The notes below the pieces were generated by a model that had not been told where the DNA came from, did no database searches, and saw only the letters and a list, made by a program, of their open reading frames with translations. A stretch of 64,000 nt of DNA from positions 64,001-128,000 of the forward strand of contig CAXXOU010000003.1 of NCBI GenBank assembly GCA_963677495.2, in the 5' to 3' direction. This DNA is from Candidatus Cloacimonadales bacterium. GTDB taxonomy: Bacteria > Cloacimonadota > Cloacimonadia > Cloacimonadales > JAFGVF01. Positions 20,423-30,388 of the stretch are shown here, piece by piece. The position numbers were made by a program, and so were the translations under genes. Every line of letters starts with the position of its first letter. The stretch's first letter is position 1.

Positions 20423-21151
20423 ATGTTAGAGGTTTATGTATTATTCGTGTCTGTGCACTTCATTGCAGACTTCTGGTTGCAATCAGACACTTTAGTCAGG
20501 AAGAAAAAAGAGAAGTTCAGATACCTTCTTCTACACATTTTGATTCATTCAGTTATTACAACAGGAGTCTTGTTGTTATTTCAAGTTGATAACCTTCTAC
20601 TTGTCCTACCTTTAGCGTTTGCACAGCACCTTATGATTGACTTTACTAATATTAAGTTAGAGGAAGAAGGCTACACTGAGTACAAACTATTTATAATAGA
20701 CCAACTATTGCATCTGAGTGCCTTATTAGCTATATCAGCACTTGCAGAGGTCAATGCTCAAATCTTCTATGATGAGTTATTAGGAATGTTTCACATTATT
20801 CTCATAACCCTCATCGGGGTAATTGGTGTGACCGGTTTCTCAAAAGTGTTGATTAATAAGCTGATGGATTATTTAATTAAGGAGAATCCTGAACACAAGG
20901 ATGAATTTAAAGACTCGGTGAAGCATAGTGGAACTATCATTGGCATTACAGAACGGCTTATTATCCTCATTCTCATCATAATCAATCAACCATTAGGTGT
21001 TGGGTTTCTTCTAACAATCAAATCCTGGCTGAGAATTAAGTCAGAGAAGCGATTAGAATATGTCCTTATCGGAACATTAATTAGCTTTCTTTTAGCGATT
21101 TTGTTTGCCATATTTGTAAGACAAATATTCGTGGAGATAGACTTACTATAA
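20423..21151 (+). CDS. DUF3307-family membrane protein
   Basis: HFIADFWLQ, HILIH, HLMID, DQLLH, IGITER, EYVLIGTL. Confidence 0.8.
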   Translation: MLEVYVLFVSVHFIADFWLQSDTLVRKKKEKFRYLLLHILIHSVITTGVLLLFQVDNLLLVLPLAFAQHLMIDFTNIKLEEEGYTEYKLFIIDQLLHLSALLAISALAEVNAQIFYDELLGMFHIILITLIGVIGVTGFSKVLINKLMDYLIKENPEHKDEFKDSVKHSGTIIGITERLIILILIIINQPLGVGFLLTIKSWLRIKSEKRLEYVLIGTLISFLLAILFAIFVRQIFVEIDLL

Positions 21152-21163
21152 AAGCAGGAAACA

Positions 21164-22315
21164 ATGAAGAATAGAAAATACGAGTATCAGAAATATAACC
21201 AATACTTTGCCCAGACAGCTAATTACATGGAAGATATGACAGCACTTGAGTTTGCAGAGCTTGGCGCAAAGGAAGTGCAACCTATCTACAGAGGATTAAG
21301 CTTCAAAGCAGGTAAAGAATCGCTGTATAGAATCCTCTACCAATCACGCTTAGCTACTCGTATTATTGCACCTTTAATAAGTTTTGACTGCCATAGCGAG
21401 AAATATCTGTATCGTCAAACCGGCAACATCGATTGGTCCGAGATCTTCTCTTTGGATGAAGCTTTTGCAATAAACTCCAATGTTTCAGATAGTAAGATTA
21501 AACATTCTCATTATGCTGGACAGATAATGAAGGACGCGATTGTTGATCAGTTCCGCAATAAGTTCAACAGACGTCCTGACTACGATCAAAAGGAACCTGA
21601 CGTAAGGCTATCTTTGCATATACATAGGAATAAGGTAAACATAGGTCTTGATTTGTCGCTTACATCAATGCATAAACGTGGTTATCGTTCACGTGGCGTA
21701 ATGGCTCCGTTGCAAGAAACTTTAGGAGCAGCTATTATTCGCTATTCCAAATGGAATGGTGAAGTTCCTCTAATAGACCCTTTCTGCGGTTCAGGAACAC
21801 TCTTAGCAGAAGCACTCATGCATTATTGTAATATCCCTGCAGGTTATCTGAGAAAGAAGTGGGGAGTTAAGTATCTTCCGGATTTTAATGCACGTGTTTT
21901 TGAAGATGTAGTTGCAACTGCTAATGCCCAAATCAGAGAACTACCGGAAGGTCTCATCACAGGTAGCGATGTTTCTGATATTGCTGTAGAACGCTGTATA
22001 GGAAATTTAGCTGCTCTCCCCTATGGTGATAGAATCAAAGTTGAGAGAAGAGACTTTAGAGCAATTAAAGCTATTTCCGATAGTACAATTGTGACTAACC
22101 CACCTTATGGAGTTAGATTAGGAGATAACTCAAGAGTAAAACAACTCTATAACGAACTGGGAGATTTCTTCAAACAAAGATGCAAAGGTTCGACAGCTTA
22201 CGTATTGGCCGGAAGTAAATCATTAGCATCAGAGTTAAGACTTAGAGCAGACAGAACCCGTAGGTTCAAGAACGCTGACATAGAAGTCCAAATAGTAAAA
22301 CTAAAACTATATTAA
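21164..22315 (+). CDS. THUMP-domain class I SAM RNA methyltransferase (RlmL-like)
   Basis: MHKRGYR, APLQETL, DPFCGSGT, TNPPYG. Confidence 0.9.
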   Translation: MKNRKYEYQKYNQYFAQTANYMEDMTALEFAELGAKEVQPIYRGLSFKAGKESLYRILYQSRLATRIIAPLISFDCHSEKYLYRQTGNIDWSEIFSLDEAFAINSNVSDSKIKHSHYAGQIMKDAIVDQFRNKFNRRPDYDQKEPDVRLSLHIHRNKVNIGLDLSLTSMHKRGYRSRGVMAPLQETLGAAIIRYSKWNGEVPLIDPFCGSGTLLAEALMHYCNIPAGYLRKKWGVKYLPDFNARVFEDVVATANAQIRELPEGLITGSDVSDIAVERCIGNLAALPYGDRIKVERRDFRAIKAISDSTIVTNPPYGVRLGDNSRVKQLYNELGDFFKQRCKGSTAYVLAGSKSLASELRLRADRTRRFKNADIEVQIVKLKLY

Positions 22316-22353
22316 TAGAAAACTTTTAGCTATAGGCTATAGGCTATGAATTA

Positions 22354-22383
22354 AAGAAAGGCACCCCCATTTCTGAGGATGCC
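22354..22383 (-). terminator. probable terminator downstream of fusA
   Basis: Minus strand GGCATCCTCA..TGGGGGTGCC followed by a U-rich run. Confidence 0.55.
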
Positions 22384-22407
22384 AACATACCCATTAATCT
22401 TTATTAA

Positions 22408-24504
22408 TTAATAGCCTCTAAACTTCTTTATCAACTTCTCTTGAATAGAAGCAGGAACTATCTCATATTTCTTAAATTCTAATGTATAAATCGCACGTCC
22501 GGAACTAAGAGTTCTCACTCTGGTTGCATACCCAAACAGTTCACTCATTGGAACGTCGCTAACAATCTCATTCTTGTCATTACTATCAGTTCTGATAATC
22601 TCAATACGACCACGCTTTGCGTTGATGTCAGAGATAATATCACCAACATACTCTTCAGGGGTAATAACTGTTAAGAGCATAACAGGTTCCATCAAGATAG
22701 GGCTTGCAGATCTAAGGGCATTACCAATCGCCATTGATGTAGCAATACGGAAAGCTGTTTCGTTTGAGTCTACCTCATGGAAGCTTCCACCTACTAAGTC
22801 AATCTTAACCCTTTCACATAAACCACTAATCTGTGGACCGTCTGTTAGCGCATTTAATGCACTTTCTTCAATAGCTTCCTGATAACATTCAGGTATCTGC
22901 TCATGTGAAATACTTGATACGAATAAATTCTTACTATCTTCAGGTAGTTCACTCTCTTTCATAGGAGAAAGCTGGAACTTAACATGTGCAAAGTTGCCTT
23001 TACCACCCATTTCACGTTCGAAAGTCTCTTCAACAGTGAATGGTTTAGTAATAGTCTCTTTATATGAAACCTGAGGAGTACCAACATTTGCTTTAACGTT
23101 GAACTCACGTTTCAATCTATCAATAATAATCTCAAGGTGAAGTTCACCCATACCTGAAATCAAGTTCTGGCCTGTATCTTTATCTGCATGTACTTTGAAA
23201 GTAGGGTCTTCCTCCTCCAAACGTCTTAATGCTTCATGTAAGCTATCTTCATCAGCCTTTGATTTTGGTTCAATCGCAATAGAGATAACAGTATCAGGGA
23301 AAGTCATTTTATGCATAATAAGCTTCGAAGATGTATCAGTAATTGTATCACCGGTAAATGTAATCTTTGATCCTACAATAGCCCCAATATCACCTGCATG
23401 CAGTTCATCCACATCATTCTTCTTGTTCGAATGCATCTGTAGAATTCTGGCAACACGCTCTTTCTTGCCGGTAGTCTGATTAAGGTAGGTGTCACCCTTC
23501 TTAATTCGACCTCTATAAACCCTAACATAAAGTAGTTTACCGACATATTTATCTACTTGAATCTTGAAAGCTAAGGCAGCAAACTTACCATTTTCATTAG
23601 GAAGAACTTCAATTTCATTATGTGTTTTAGGATCAAGACCGGTAGTTCCACCAATATCGAGTGGTGAAGGAAGATATTCATTAACTGCATTAAGCAGAAG
23701 TTGAACACCTTTATTCTTTAATGAGCTTCCACAAAGTACAGGGACAAAACCATGCTCTATCACACCATTACGAATAGCACGTTTAATCATTTCTGAGCTT
23801 ACATCTTCACCTTCAAGATAGAGTTCCATAAGTTCATCATCATATTCAGAAATCTTCTCAATCAACTCTTCACGTGCTATGATTGCTCTTTCAAGTTCAT
23901 CTTCTGGAATATCTTTAACTTTGAAATCAATCCCCAGATTATCAACATCAAACTCATAAGCTTTCATTGTGATAAGATCTATAATATCAGAAAAGTTTTC
24001 CTCTTCACCGATTGGTAAACTGATTGGAGTAGCATGTTCTGTTAATCGTTCTCTCATCTGATGTACTACATGATCAAAATCAGCTCCCATACGATCCATT
24101 TTATTAACGAAGGCAATTCTTGGTACATGGTATCTATCTGCTTGATGCCAAACTGTCTCTGATTGAGGTTCTACTCCTCCGACCGCACAAAATACACCAA
24201 CAGCACCATCCAAAACTCTTAATGACCGCTCAACCTCAGCAGTGAAATCAACATGACCCGGAGTATCAATAATATTGATAGTATGGTCGTTCCAGAAACA
24301 GCTAACAGTTGCAGATGTTATAGTAATTCCTCTTTCTCTTTCTTGATCCATCCAGTCAGTGTAGGCATTACCATCATGCACTTCACCCATTCTTCTAAGA
24401 ACGCCTGAATAGAAGAGAATTCTCTCAGTAGTAGTCGTTTTACCGGCATCAATATGAGCCATAATTCCAATGTTACGAATTTTACTTAAATCTGTCTTAG
24501 CCAT
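22408..24504 (-). CDS. fusA: elongation factor G (stand-alone copy)
   Basis: [36 protein letters not shown]. Confidence 0.95.
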   Translation of the reverse strand: MAKTDLSKIRNIGIMAHIDAGKTTTTERILFYSGVLRRMGEVHDGNAYTDWMDQERERGITITSATVSCFWNDHTINIIDTPGHVDFTAEVERSLRVLDGAVGVFCAVGGVEPQSETVWHQADRYHVPRIAFVNKMDRMGADFDHVVHQMRERLTEHATPISLPIGEEENFSDIIDLITMKAYEFDVDNLGIDFKVKDIPEDELERAIIAREELIEKISEYDDELMELYLEGEDVSSEMIKRAIRNGVIEHGFVPVLCGSSLKNKGVQLLLNAVNEYLPSPLDIGGTTGLDPKTHNEIEVLPNENGKFAALAFKIQVDKYVGKLLYVRVYRGRIKKGDTYLNQTTGKKERVARILQMHSNKKNDVDELHAGDIGAIVGSKITFTGDTITDTSSKLIMHKMTFPDTVISIAIEPKSKADEDSLHEALRRLEEEDPTFKVHADKDTGQNLISGMGELHLEIIIDRLKREFNVKANVGTPQVSYKETITKPFTVEETFEREMGGKGNFAHVKFQLSPMKESELPEDSKNLFVSSISHEQIPECYQEAIEESALNALTDGPQISGLCERVKIDLVGGSFHEVDSNETAFRIATSMAIGNALRSASPILMEPVMLLTVITPEEYVGDIISDINAKRGRIEIIRTDSNDKNEIVSDVPMSELFGYATRVRTLSSGRAIYTLEFKKYEIVPASIQEKLIKKFRGY

Positions 24505-24689
24505 TTTCTCCTGCTTTCAGGTTTGAGTCTTTTACGCTATCTTCTTATATTGCTATATATTAGTTGTATAATTTACTCAATAACGCACTTCAAATCTATG
24601 ATGATATGCATTAATACTGGCATTTATAATGTGTCAAGTATGAATTACGAATCACTTCATCATTGGAGTCATAGCGAGTTTCAGATTTC

Positions 24690-25160
24690 CCAAAGGAGTT
24701 TGTCAGAGTGAAGTTTACGAGCGAGAACGGACTTATTTGAGAAACCTGAAATATGATTGACTTATCTTTTGTAATTTCTCCAAAGATAAGCTCTTCTTTA
24801 GCTGGGAGACTAAAGCTTTCGGAGCGGTCAAGTAGTTGCTCGCCTATCGGCTTGCGAGCTCCTCCCGCTGGTCGTCGGTACAACTACATTCGTATCCTCA
24901 TTCCGTTCAGGATGACCAATTGGGCACTTGAACTTGCCCCGGCAAGTTCTTAAGCATGTCACCCTGAGCGAAGTGAATGAAGTGAAACGAAATGAATGAA
25001 GCCGATGGGTCGCTCGGATAACTTTAGAGAAAGCCTGATACTGTATTGACTTATCTTTCGTTGCTTCCTTACCGGGAAGTACTTCTCTTCAGTTGGAAAA
25101 CTAAAGTTATCGGAGAAATTCATCCACTCATTCGTATCTAGTTTCGATCAGAATGACATG
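24690..25160. repeat. mosaic of palindromic intergenic repeats, homologous (inverted) to 27995-28280
   Basis: TTGACTTATCTTT module at 24757 and 25046; ATGTCACCCTGAGCGAAG..GGGTCGCTCGGA at 24957-25018. Confidence 0.8.
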
Positions 25161-25245
25161 TCTGATCCTTAAATTTGCTTTCATTAGAAGTAGCTGACAA
25201 ATTCACTTGACAACAACACTCATTGTTAACAGTTTGATTGCATGT

Positions 25246-25322
<77 letters not shown>

Positions 25323-25379
25323 TTTCTTTATAAACTTCCCCTCTTAAATAATTTCTTTCTTGACGGATTTTCGACAAAA

Positions 25380-25392
25380 TAAACGGTGTTAA
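25380..25392. promoter_or_regulatory. putative TetR operator (imperfect)
   Basis: TAAACGGTGTTAA, 11/13 match to the 26029 palindrome; lies downstream of TTGACG at 25360. Confidence 0.5.
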
Positions 25393-25411
25393 CTAACTTA
25401 GAGGTTGATAA

Positions 25412-26011
25412 ATGGGAATACAAGAAAGAAGACTGAGAGAGAAAGAGAATATTAAGCGTTTAATCGCTGAAGCAGCTAAAGAGCTCTTTATTGAAGAGGG
25501 CATCGAAAGCGTTTCTATGCGCAAAATTGCCAGTAAAATCGAATACTCTCCCACGACTCTTTACAACTATTACCACAATAAGACTGAGATTCTGAAAACC
25601 TTAGTTGAGGACTATTTTAGGGAATATGCTCCTTCAGCTGAGAAGCACAGAGACAATACCGAACTCTCCCCTCTTGATAATCTTAAGTCATATTTAAGGC
25701 TTTCCGTAACAAGAGCACTTGAGAATCCGGGCATGTATCTTCTGCTTGCAAAACTGTTCTCTGAATCTGCCCAGTATAAGTTTGGTATATCAGGGGCCGG
25801 AAAAGGATATGGATTACTCGTTGATCTAATACAAGAATGTATTGATAATGGTGACTTATCTGCCGGTAATGTCGATTTAAAAGCACAGTCCTTATGGTCT
25901 GTAACACATGGTCTTTCATCACTTTTAGTGAGTCGTCCCGGTTTCCATTGGGAGGACATTGATACACTGATTAACTCAACAATTGATGCTGTTCTAAAAG
26001 GCATGGCATAA
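25412..26011 (+). CDS. TetR/AcrR family regulator (WHG-like C-terminus)
   Basis: HTH SMRKIASKIEYSPTTLYNYY; WSVTHG. Confidence 0.92.
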   Translation: MGIQERRLREKENIKRLIAEAAKELFIEEGIESVSMRKIASKIEYSPTTLYNYYHNKTEILKTLVEDYFREYAPSAEKHRDNTELSPLDNLKSYLRLSVTRALENPGMYLLLAKLFSESAQYKFGISGAGKGYGLLVDLIQECIDNGDLSAGNVDLKAQSLWSVTHGLSSLLVSRPGFHWEDIDTLINSTIDAVLKGMA

Positions 26012-26028
26012 TTTTTTTGAGGTTATAG

Positions 26029-26041
26029 TTAACAGTGTTAA
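26029..26041. promoter_or_regulatory. putative TetR operator
   Basis: Perfect palindrome TTAACAgTGTTAA upstream of 26068. Confidence 0.55.
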
Positions 26042-26067
26042 GTTAGTAAACAATATTAGGAGATGAC

Positions 26068-27738
26068 ATGAAGAAGTCTTTATTCTTATTAGTTATTTTA
26101 GCATGTGCTGTTGCTATCAGCGCATTGCCTGTTAGTTCTTTCTTTGAAGCTTTTGATGCTTCTGACTCAATGCCTAACGGTTGGTCTACAATCGTTCAAT
26201 CTGAATCTACTGTATCTAATGTTTGGGTGCATACAGCAGCGTATGATGCCTATTCAGGTACAAATATGATCAAAATGTTCGGTAATACAGATGATCCTCA
26301 GGATATTCTTGTACTCGTGTCACCTGAAGTAACAAACCTTTCAGATAATCCACTCAGCTTCTGGGCAAAAAGTAGCTGGGGAGAAGTAACAGATTCTTTG
26401 ATGGTTGGAACATTGAGTGACCCTAATGATTACTCAACATTCAATCATATCGCTACATACGGAATGGGCATTGAATACGCTCAGTTCACAATAGATTTTG
26501 ATCCTGCAAATACTGATAGTTATATTGCTTTTGTTAATCCTTTAACAAGTGATTATGGCTATGCTACATACATCGAAGACGTATCTTGGGAACCATCAGC
26601 TATCGTTCCGGGTCCAGCCATTGCTATCGCACCGGAAGAAAATGCAACTGATGTACTTATTAACTTTGCTGATAACATGATGACATTCCCATTCGAATGG
26701 AGTTCAACAGGTGGAAACCCTACAGGTTACAAACTTAGCTTTGGAACTGATAACCCACCAACAAACTTCATGGACAATGTAGATTTAGGTAATGTTTCAA
26801 CATATGCACCAACAGTTCCTCTTAACTATACAACCCAGTATTTCTGGCAGATCACACCTTATAATGAATTTGGTGATGCTGTAAACTGTCCGGTTTGGGG
26901 TTTTTCAACTCAGAGTGGTACTACAATTGACTTCAGAACAGTTAATTCATGGTCAGAAGGTTTTGAGACAGCAGAAGTTGGTTTCTTACCTTTAGGAATG
27001 GAACAAGAAAACGTAAATGATGATAATGCTCAGTGGGCAGGTATTGCCACTTCTGATTGGTCTCCAAATGCTCATACTGGCTCAATGGCTGTTCACATGG
27101 CATTTGCTATCATGAATTCACATGACGATTATCTCTATACACCACCAATGTATATGGTTGCAGGTAACACATACACAATCGATTTTTGGTACAAAATTTC
27201 AGCTTTCGAGAACTCTTTCGAAAAGATGGATATCTATGTAGGTGACTCACCTGTAAATACAGCGATGGTTGACCAGGTCTGGGATAACAATTACATTAAT
27301 AATGTTGATTATATGCAAGGAACCTGCACATACGTAGCACAGGAAGATGGAATCAAGTTCATCGGTTTCCATGCTTATAGTGATGCTCTCCAGATGGTTC
27401 TTCTTCTTGATGATATCACAGTTACACAGCAGAATACAAGTCCTAATGCTGACGATGTAGTTAATGTAAACACACTTTCAGTTTCTAACTACCCTAATCC
27501 TTTCAATCCTGAGACAACTTTTGAGTTCTCAATCCCTAAAGGACAGACAGGTAGCTTAACTATATACAACCTCCGCGGACAGGCTGTTAAGTCGTATACA
27601 AACCTTACTTCCAATGATAACAAAATAGTATGGCAAGGTAAAGATTCTCAAGGGTCATTATCCCCATCCGGAACTTACTTCTACAGACTTAGTGTCGGTA
27701 ATGATAGTAGAACCGGTAGAATGACTCTCCTTAAATAA
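26068..27738 (+). CDS. secreted protein with cleaved-adhesin-like domains, FN3-like module and FlgD-Ig CTD
   Basis: Signal peptide; EGFE, DDYLYTP, YFWQITPYN, NYPNPFNPET, SGTYFYRL. Confidence 0.8.
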   Translation: MKKSLFLLVILACAVAISALPVSSFFEAFDASDSMPNGWSTIVQSESTVSNVWVHTAAYDAYSGTNMIKMFGNTDDPQDILVLVSPEVTNLSDNPLSFWAKSSWGEVTDSLMVGTLSDPNDYSTFNHIATYGMGIEYAQFTIDFDPANTDSYIAFVNPLTSDYGYATYIEDVSWEPSAIVPGPAIAIAPEENATDVLINFADNMMTFPFEWSSTGGNPTGYKLSFGTDNPPTNFMDNVDLGNVSTYAPTVPLNYTTQYFWQITPYNEFGDAVNCPVWGFSTQSGTTIDFRTVNSWSEGFETAEVGFLPLGMEQENVNDDNAQWAGIATSDWSPNAHTGSMAVHMAFAIMNSHDDYLYTPPMYMVAGNTYTIDFWYKISAFENSFEKMDIYVGDSPVNTAMVDQVWDNNYINNVDYMQGTCTYVAQEDGIKFIGFHAYSDALQMVLLLDDITVTQQNTSPNADDVVNVNTLSVSNYPNPFNPETTFEFSIPKGQTGSLTIYNLRGQAVKSYTNLTSNDNKIVWQGKDSQGSLSPSGTYFYRLSVGNDSRTGRMTLLK

Positions 27739-27759
27739 ACCGTCCGTAGATCAATCTAC

Positions 27760-27795
27760 ACCGGTACATGAAGATCCGCATGTACCGGTTTTTTT
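27760..27795 (+). terminator. intrinsic terminator
   Basis: ACCGGTACATG..CATGTACCGGT followed by a T run. Confidence 0.85.
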
Positions 27796-27859
27796 GTTAT
27801 TCTTAATTAATCCGGAACTCGACAATCACTTTGTCATAAGAGCGAAGGGTGATATATCA

Positions 27860-27973
27860 GTAGCAGTCACCTGTGCGAGTTTACGAACTTGGGGAAATGC
27901 GGACTTTACACTTGTTGTTTACTTCGAAGTCGCATTTCCCCGAACTCCCGTTGGTCGTAATGGTGACTGCTAC
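27860..27973. repeat. REPIN-like inverted REP doublet
   Basis: GTAGCAGTCACC...GGGGAAATGCG / CGCATTTCCCC...GGTGACTGCTAC. Confidence 0.85.
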
Positions 27974-27994
27974 AGACATTTACGAATGAAGTAG

Positions 27995-28390
27995 AACCGA
28001 CGACCATCGGGAGGAGCTCGCTTGCCGAAGGCGAGCAACTATTTACCTCTCCCATAGCTTTAGTCTCCCAACTAAAGAAGAGCTTATCCCTGTTTACTAC
28101 ACGAAAGATAAGTCAATACTAGAAACAGTAATCCACTAAAGTCATCCGAGCGACCCTATCGACTTCGTTCATTTCGTTTCACTTCATTCAGCTTCGCTCA
28201 GGGTGACATACACAGTGCGATTTGCAACAACTTACCGCATTTCAGGGAGTTTGTCAGCCTGATAAGGCTGCGGACTTCCTAAAATGCACTTCGAAGTCGC
28301 TATTCCCTGATTTCGTTCTCGCGTCACGCTATCGCTGCAACGCAAGTCCGAAAGTGACATACTCAGTGCCTTTTGCAACAACTTAGCTAC
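27995..28390. repeat. repeat mosaic homologous to 24690-25160 and 19089-19400
   Basis: Reverse-complement matches to 24757-24880 and 24957-25115; TTCGTTCTCGCGTCACGCTATCGCTGCAACGCAAGTCCGA shared with 19359. Confidence 0.8.
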
Positions 28391-28420
28391 ATTTACTGCC
28401 CTTTTTACTCCCTTTTACTG

Positions 28421-28547
28421 CTCTATCAGGCAACGCACTGCGTTTGCACTGTGCACGCACTGTGAAGGCACTGCTAACCCACTGTTTCACTGGGTGCACA
28501 GTGCGTGCACAGTGGGAAAACAGTGGGATGACTGCGTTTTGATAGAT
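28421..28547. repeat. inverted-repeat-bounded 11-bp phased cassette
   Basis: CACTG at 28436/47/58/69/80; CAGTG at 28499/510/521; TCTATCA..AACGCA / TGCGTT..TGATAGA ends. Confidence 0.8.
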
Positions 28548-28691
28548 AGTATCATATTGGAGAAGGAAGAATGAGATAAAGTGTCATAAATGTAATCATG
28601 TTTGCAGTGTCCTGAATAAGTTTACCATAGTTTTAGTTACTCAGTTTACTTCAATTGAATGAAATAATTCTATCTTTTCTAAATTGATTTA

Positions 28692-29480
28692 CTAAGAAGC
28701 ATATACACTTCCAGGAGTGTTGTAGTCAAGTGAAGAATGATATCTTTTATTATTATAGATATAAACTGCTTCTTCCGTTGCTTGCAAAGCGACCTTTTTG
28801 TTTGGGAATTTCAATTTCATTCCCAGATCATGTTTCAATGTTCTGTTTACTCTTTCAGCGACTGCATTATCATAGCAGTGATTCTTTCCTGTCATACTAA
28901 CTCTTGCATGGCTTCTTTTAAGCAATCCGATGTATTCTTTACTACAGTACTGGACACCATGATCAGAGTGAAGTATTATACCTCGCGGGATTTTTGTTCC
29001 TCTTTTTGCTTTATTAAATGCCTTCACTGCTCCTTTTGTTTCCAGAGTATCAGATAAGTAGTGACCAACTATCTTTCTTGAATAGTAGTCTGTTACTAAA
29101 AACAAATACATAAACCCCCTTCCAACTGAGATATATGTAATGTCTGTTACCCAAACTTGGTCTTTTTTTGTGATGTTCGTTTCCGGTAAAAGATTGGGGT
29201 ATATCTTCAATTTATGCTTCCAGTTTGTTGTAACTACATATCGCTTGGGAGGTCTTTGCAATAAGTTATTCATACGTAACAACTCTATTAGTTTATCTCT
29301 ACTTATCTTTAGGTCAGGATCATTATGTTTTATAAGCATTTTCATTATCATTCGATAGCCTGTTGTCTCCTGTTCTCGCCGGAGCTCTTCCACGAGTCGC
29401 ACTATCTCACGGTCTCTCGCAGCATCTCGTTCGAGTATTTTTACATGCTTATTATAGCCTTGTCTTGTATAACCGTACAC
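28692..29480 (-). CDS. IS3 transposase OrfB (DDE integrase core)
   Basis: WVTDITY, HSDHGVQY, DNAVAERVNRTLK, YNNKRYHSSL. Confidence 0.93.
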   Translation of the reverse strand: MYGYTRQGYNKHVKILERDAARDREIVRLVEELRREQETTGYRMIMKMLIKHNDPDLKISRDKLIELLRMNNLLQRPPKRYVVTTNWKHKLKIYPNLLPETNITKKDQVWVTDITYISVGRGFMYLFLVTDYYSRKIVGHYLSDTLETKGAVKAFNKAKRGTKIPRGIILHSDHGVQYCSKEYIGLLKRSHARVSMTGKNHCYDNAVAERVNRTLKHDLGMKLKFPNKKVALQATEEAVYIYNNKRYHSSLDYNTPGSVYAS

Positions 29481-29494
29481 CTTACAAATCCTCT

Positions 29495-29929
29495 CTAATC
29501 CTCTGTATCGGAGTCCGCATTCAATAGCTCTTTCTTGAGTTTTTCCTGCACTATCGAACCAAGCTTTTTTTTTAGATCCATACCTAGCTTATTACCGGAT
29601 ACTTCTATCAATGTCTCTAATGCTAACTCTTTAAGATAGCTATCGTCCAATGCACGCTGAAGCCGTCTATTCTCCTTGCGTAAGCGGATTAATTCGGTCT
29701 TTTCATCTTTAGTCATATAGTGTACCACCTTATCAATCTTTTGATCCATTCCATATTTTTTGATCCAACCTCGAATGGTTGTCGTACTTGGTATTTTATA
29801 AAGCTGAGTTGCTTCACTAATAGTTAAATATCCACTCTCGATTTCGTCTACTACTTTCATCTTAAATACTACACTATAGTTTCTCAAAACTCTCTTTTCT
29901 TCTTTCTCTTTCATCTCTTTTCCTTTCAT
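29495..29929 (-). CDS. IS3 transposase OrfA (HTH)
   Basis: YSVVFKMKVV..TIRGWIKKYG, coiled coil, A9G slippery site. Confidence 0.88.
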   Translation of the reverse strand: MKGKEMKEKEEKRVLRNYSVVFKMKVVDEIESGYLTISEATQLYKIPSTTTIRGWIKKYGMDQKIDKVVHYMTKDEKTELIRLRKENRRLQRALDDSYLKELALETLIEVSGNKLGMDLKKKLGSIVQEKLKKELLNADSDTED

Positions 29930-29967
29930 AGTTTAGGGTAACTATTTCAGGACAATACAGTCCTTCA

Positions 29968-30104
29968 TCTCCCTGCAGTAATTCTTGGTAAACACTTGGT
30001 AAACACTTGGCAAATCCCTGGCCTATTCCTGGCTTATTTACCAAGAACATGCCAACATATTACCTAGTTTAAACCAGTTTAGAATCACTAATTACTGCAG
30101 AGAC
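29968..30104 (-). repeat. inverted-repeat-bounded 11-bp phased cassette, inverted homolog of 15270-15405
   Basis: CTGCAGTAATT / AATTACTGCAG IR; CYTGG at 29984/995/30006/017/028. Confidence 0.8.
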
Positions 30105-30143
30105 AAGAATGATGTACAGGAGTAAAGTTAGTCTGACGAAAGG

Positions 30144-30258
30144 CTGGGATAAATATTGTAATCTCGCCTTATTTATCCATGAACCTCCCTTGTCCATCTC
30201 TTGGCTTTGCAAGAGAGACCCAAGAGTAAGGTTAGAGTAACCCAAGCGAGGATCCCAG
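30144..30258. repeat. inverted-repeat-bounded 11-bp phased cassette
   Basis: CTGGGAT / ATCCCAG ends; YCTTG at 30188/199; CAAG-like at 30210/221/243. Confidence 0.6.
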
Positions 30259-30388
30259 ATTTCAGTCAGTTAATATCGGAAGTAAAGTTTTATGTATAAT
30301 CATAAAAAGGTTTACAAATTAACTATCTTAAACAGTAACATTGCTACTAGTATGTATTAATAGTGTATGACAATGTTCAGGAGGATGA

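Larger units (their letters stand above)
28603..29959 (-). mobile_element. IS3-family insertion sequence (1357 bp)
   Basis: Terminal IRs TGCAGTGTCCTGAATAAGTTTACC / TGTATTGTCCTGAAATAGTTACCC (TG...CA); orfA plus orfB. Confidence 0.9.
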
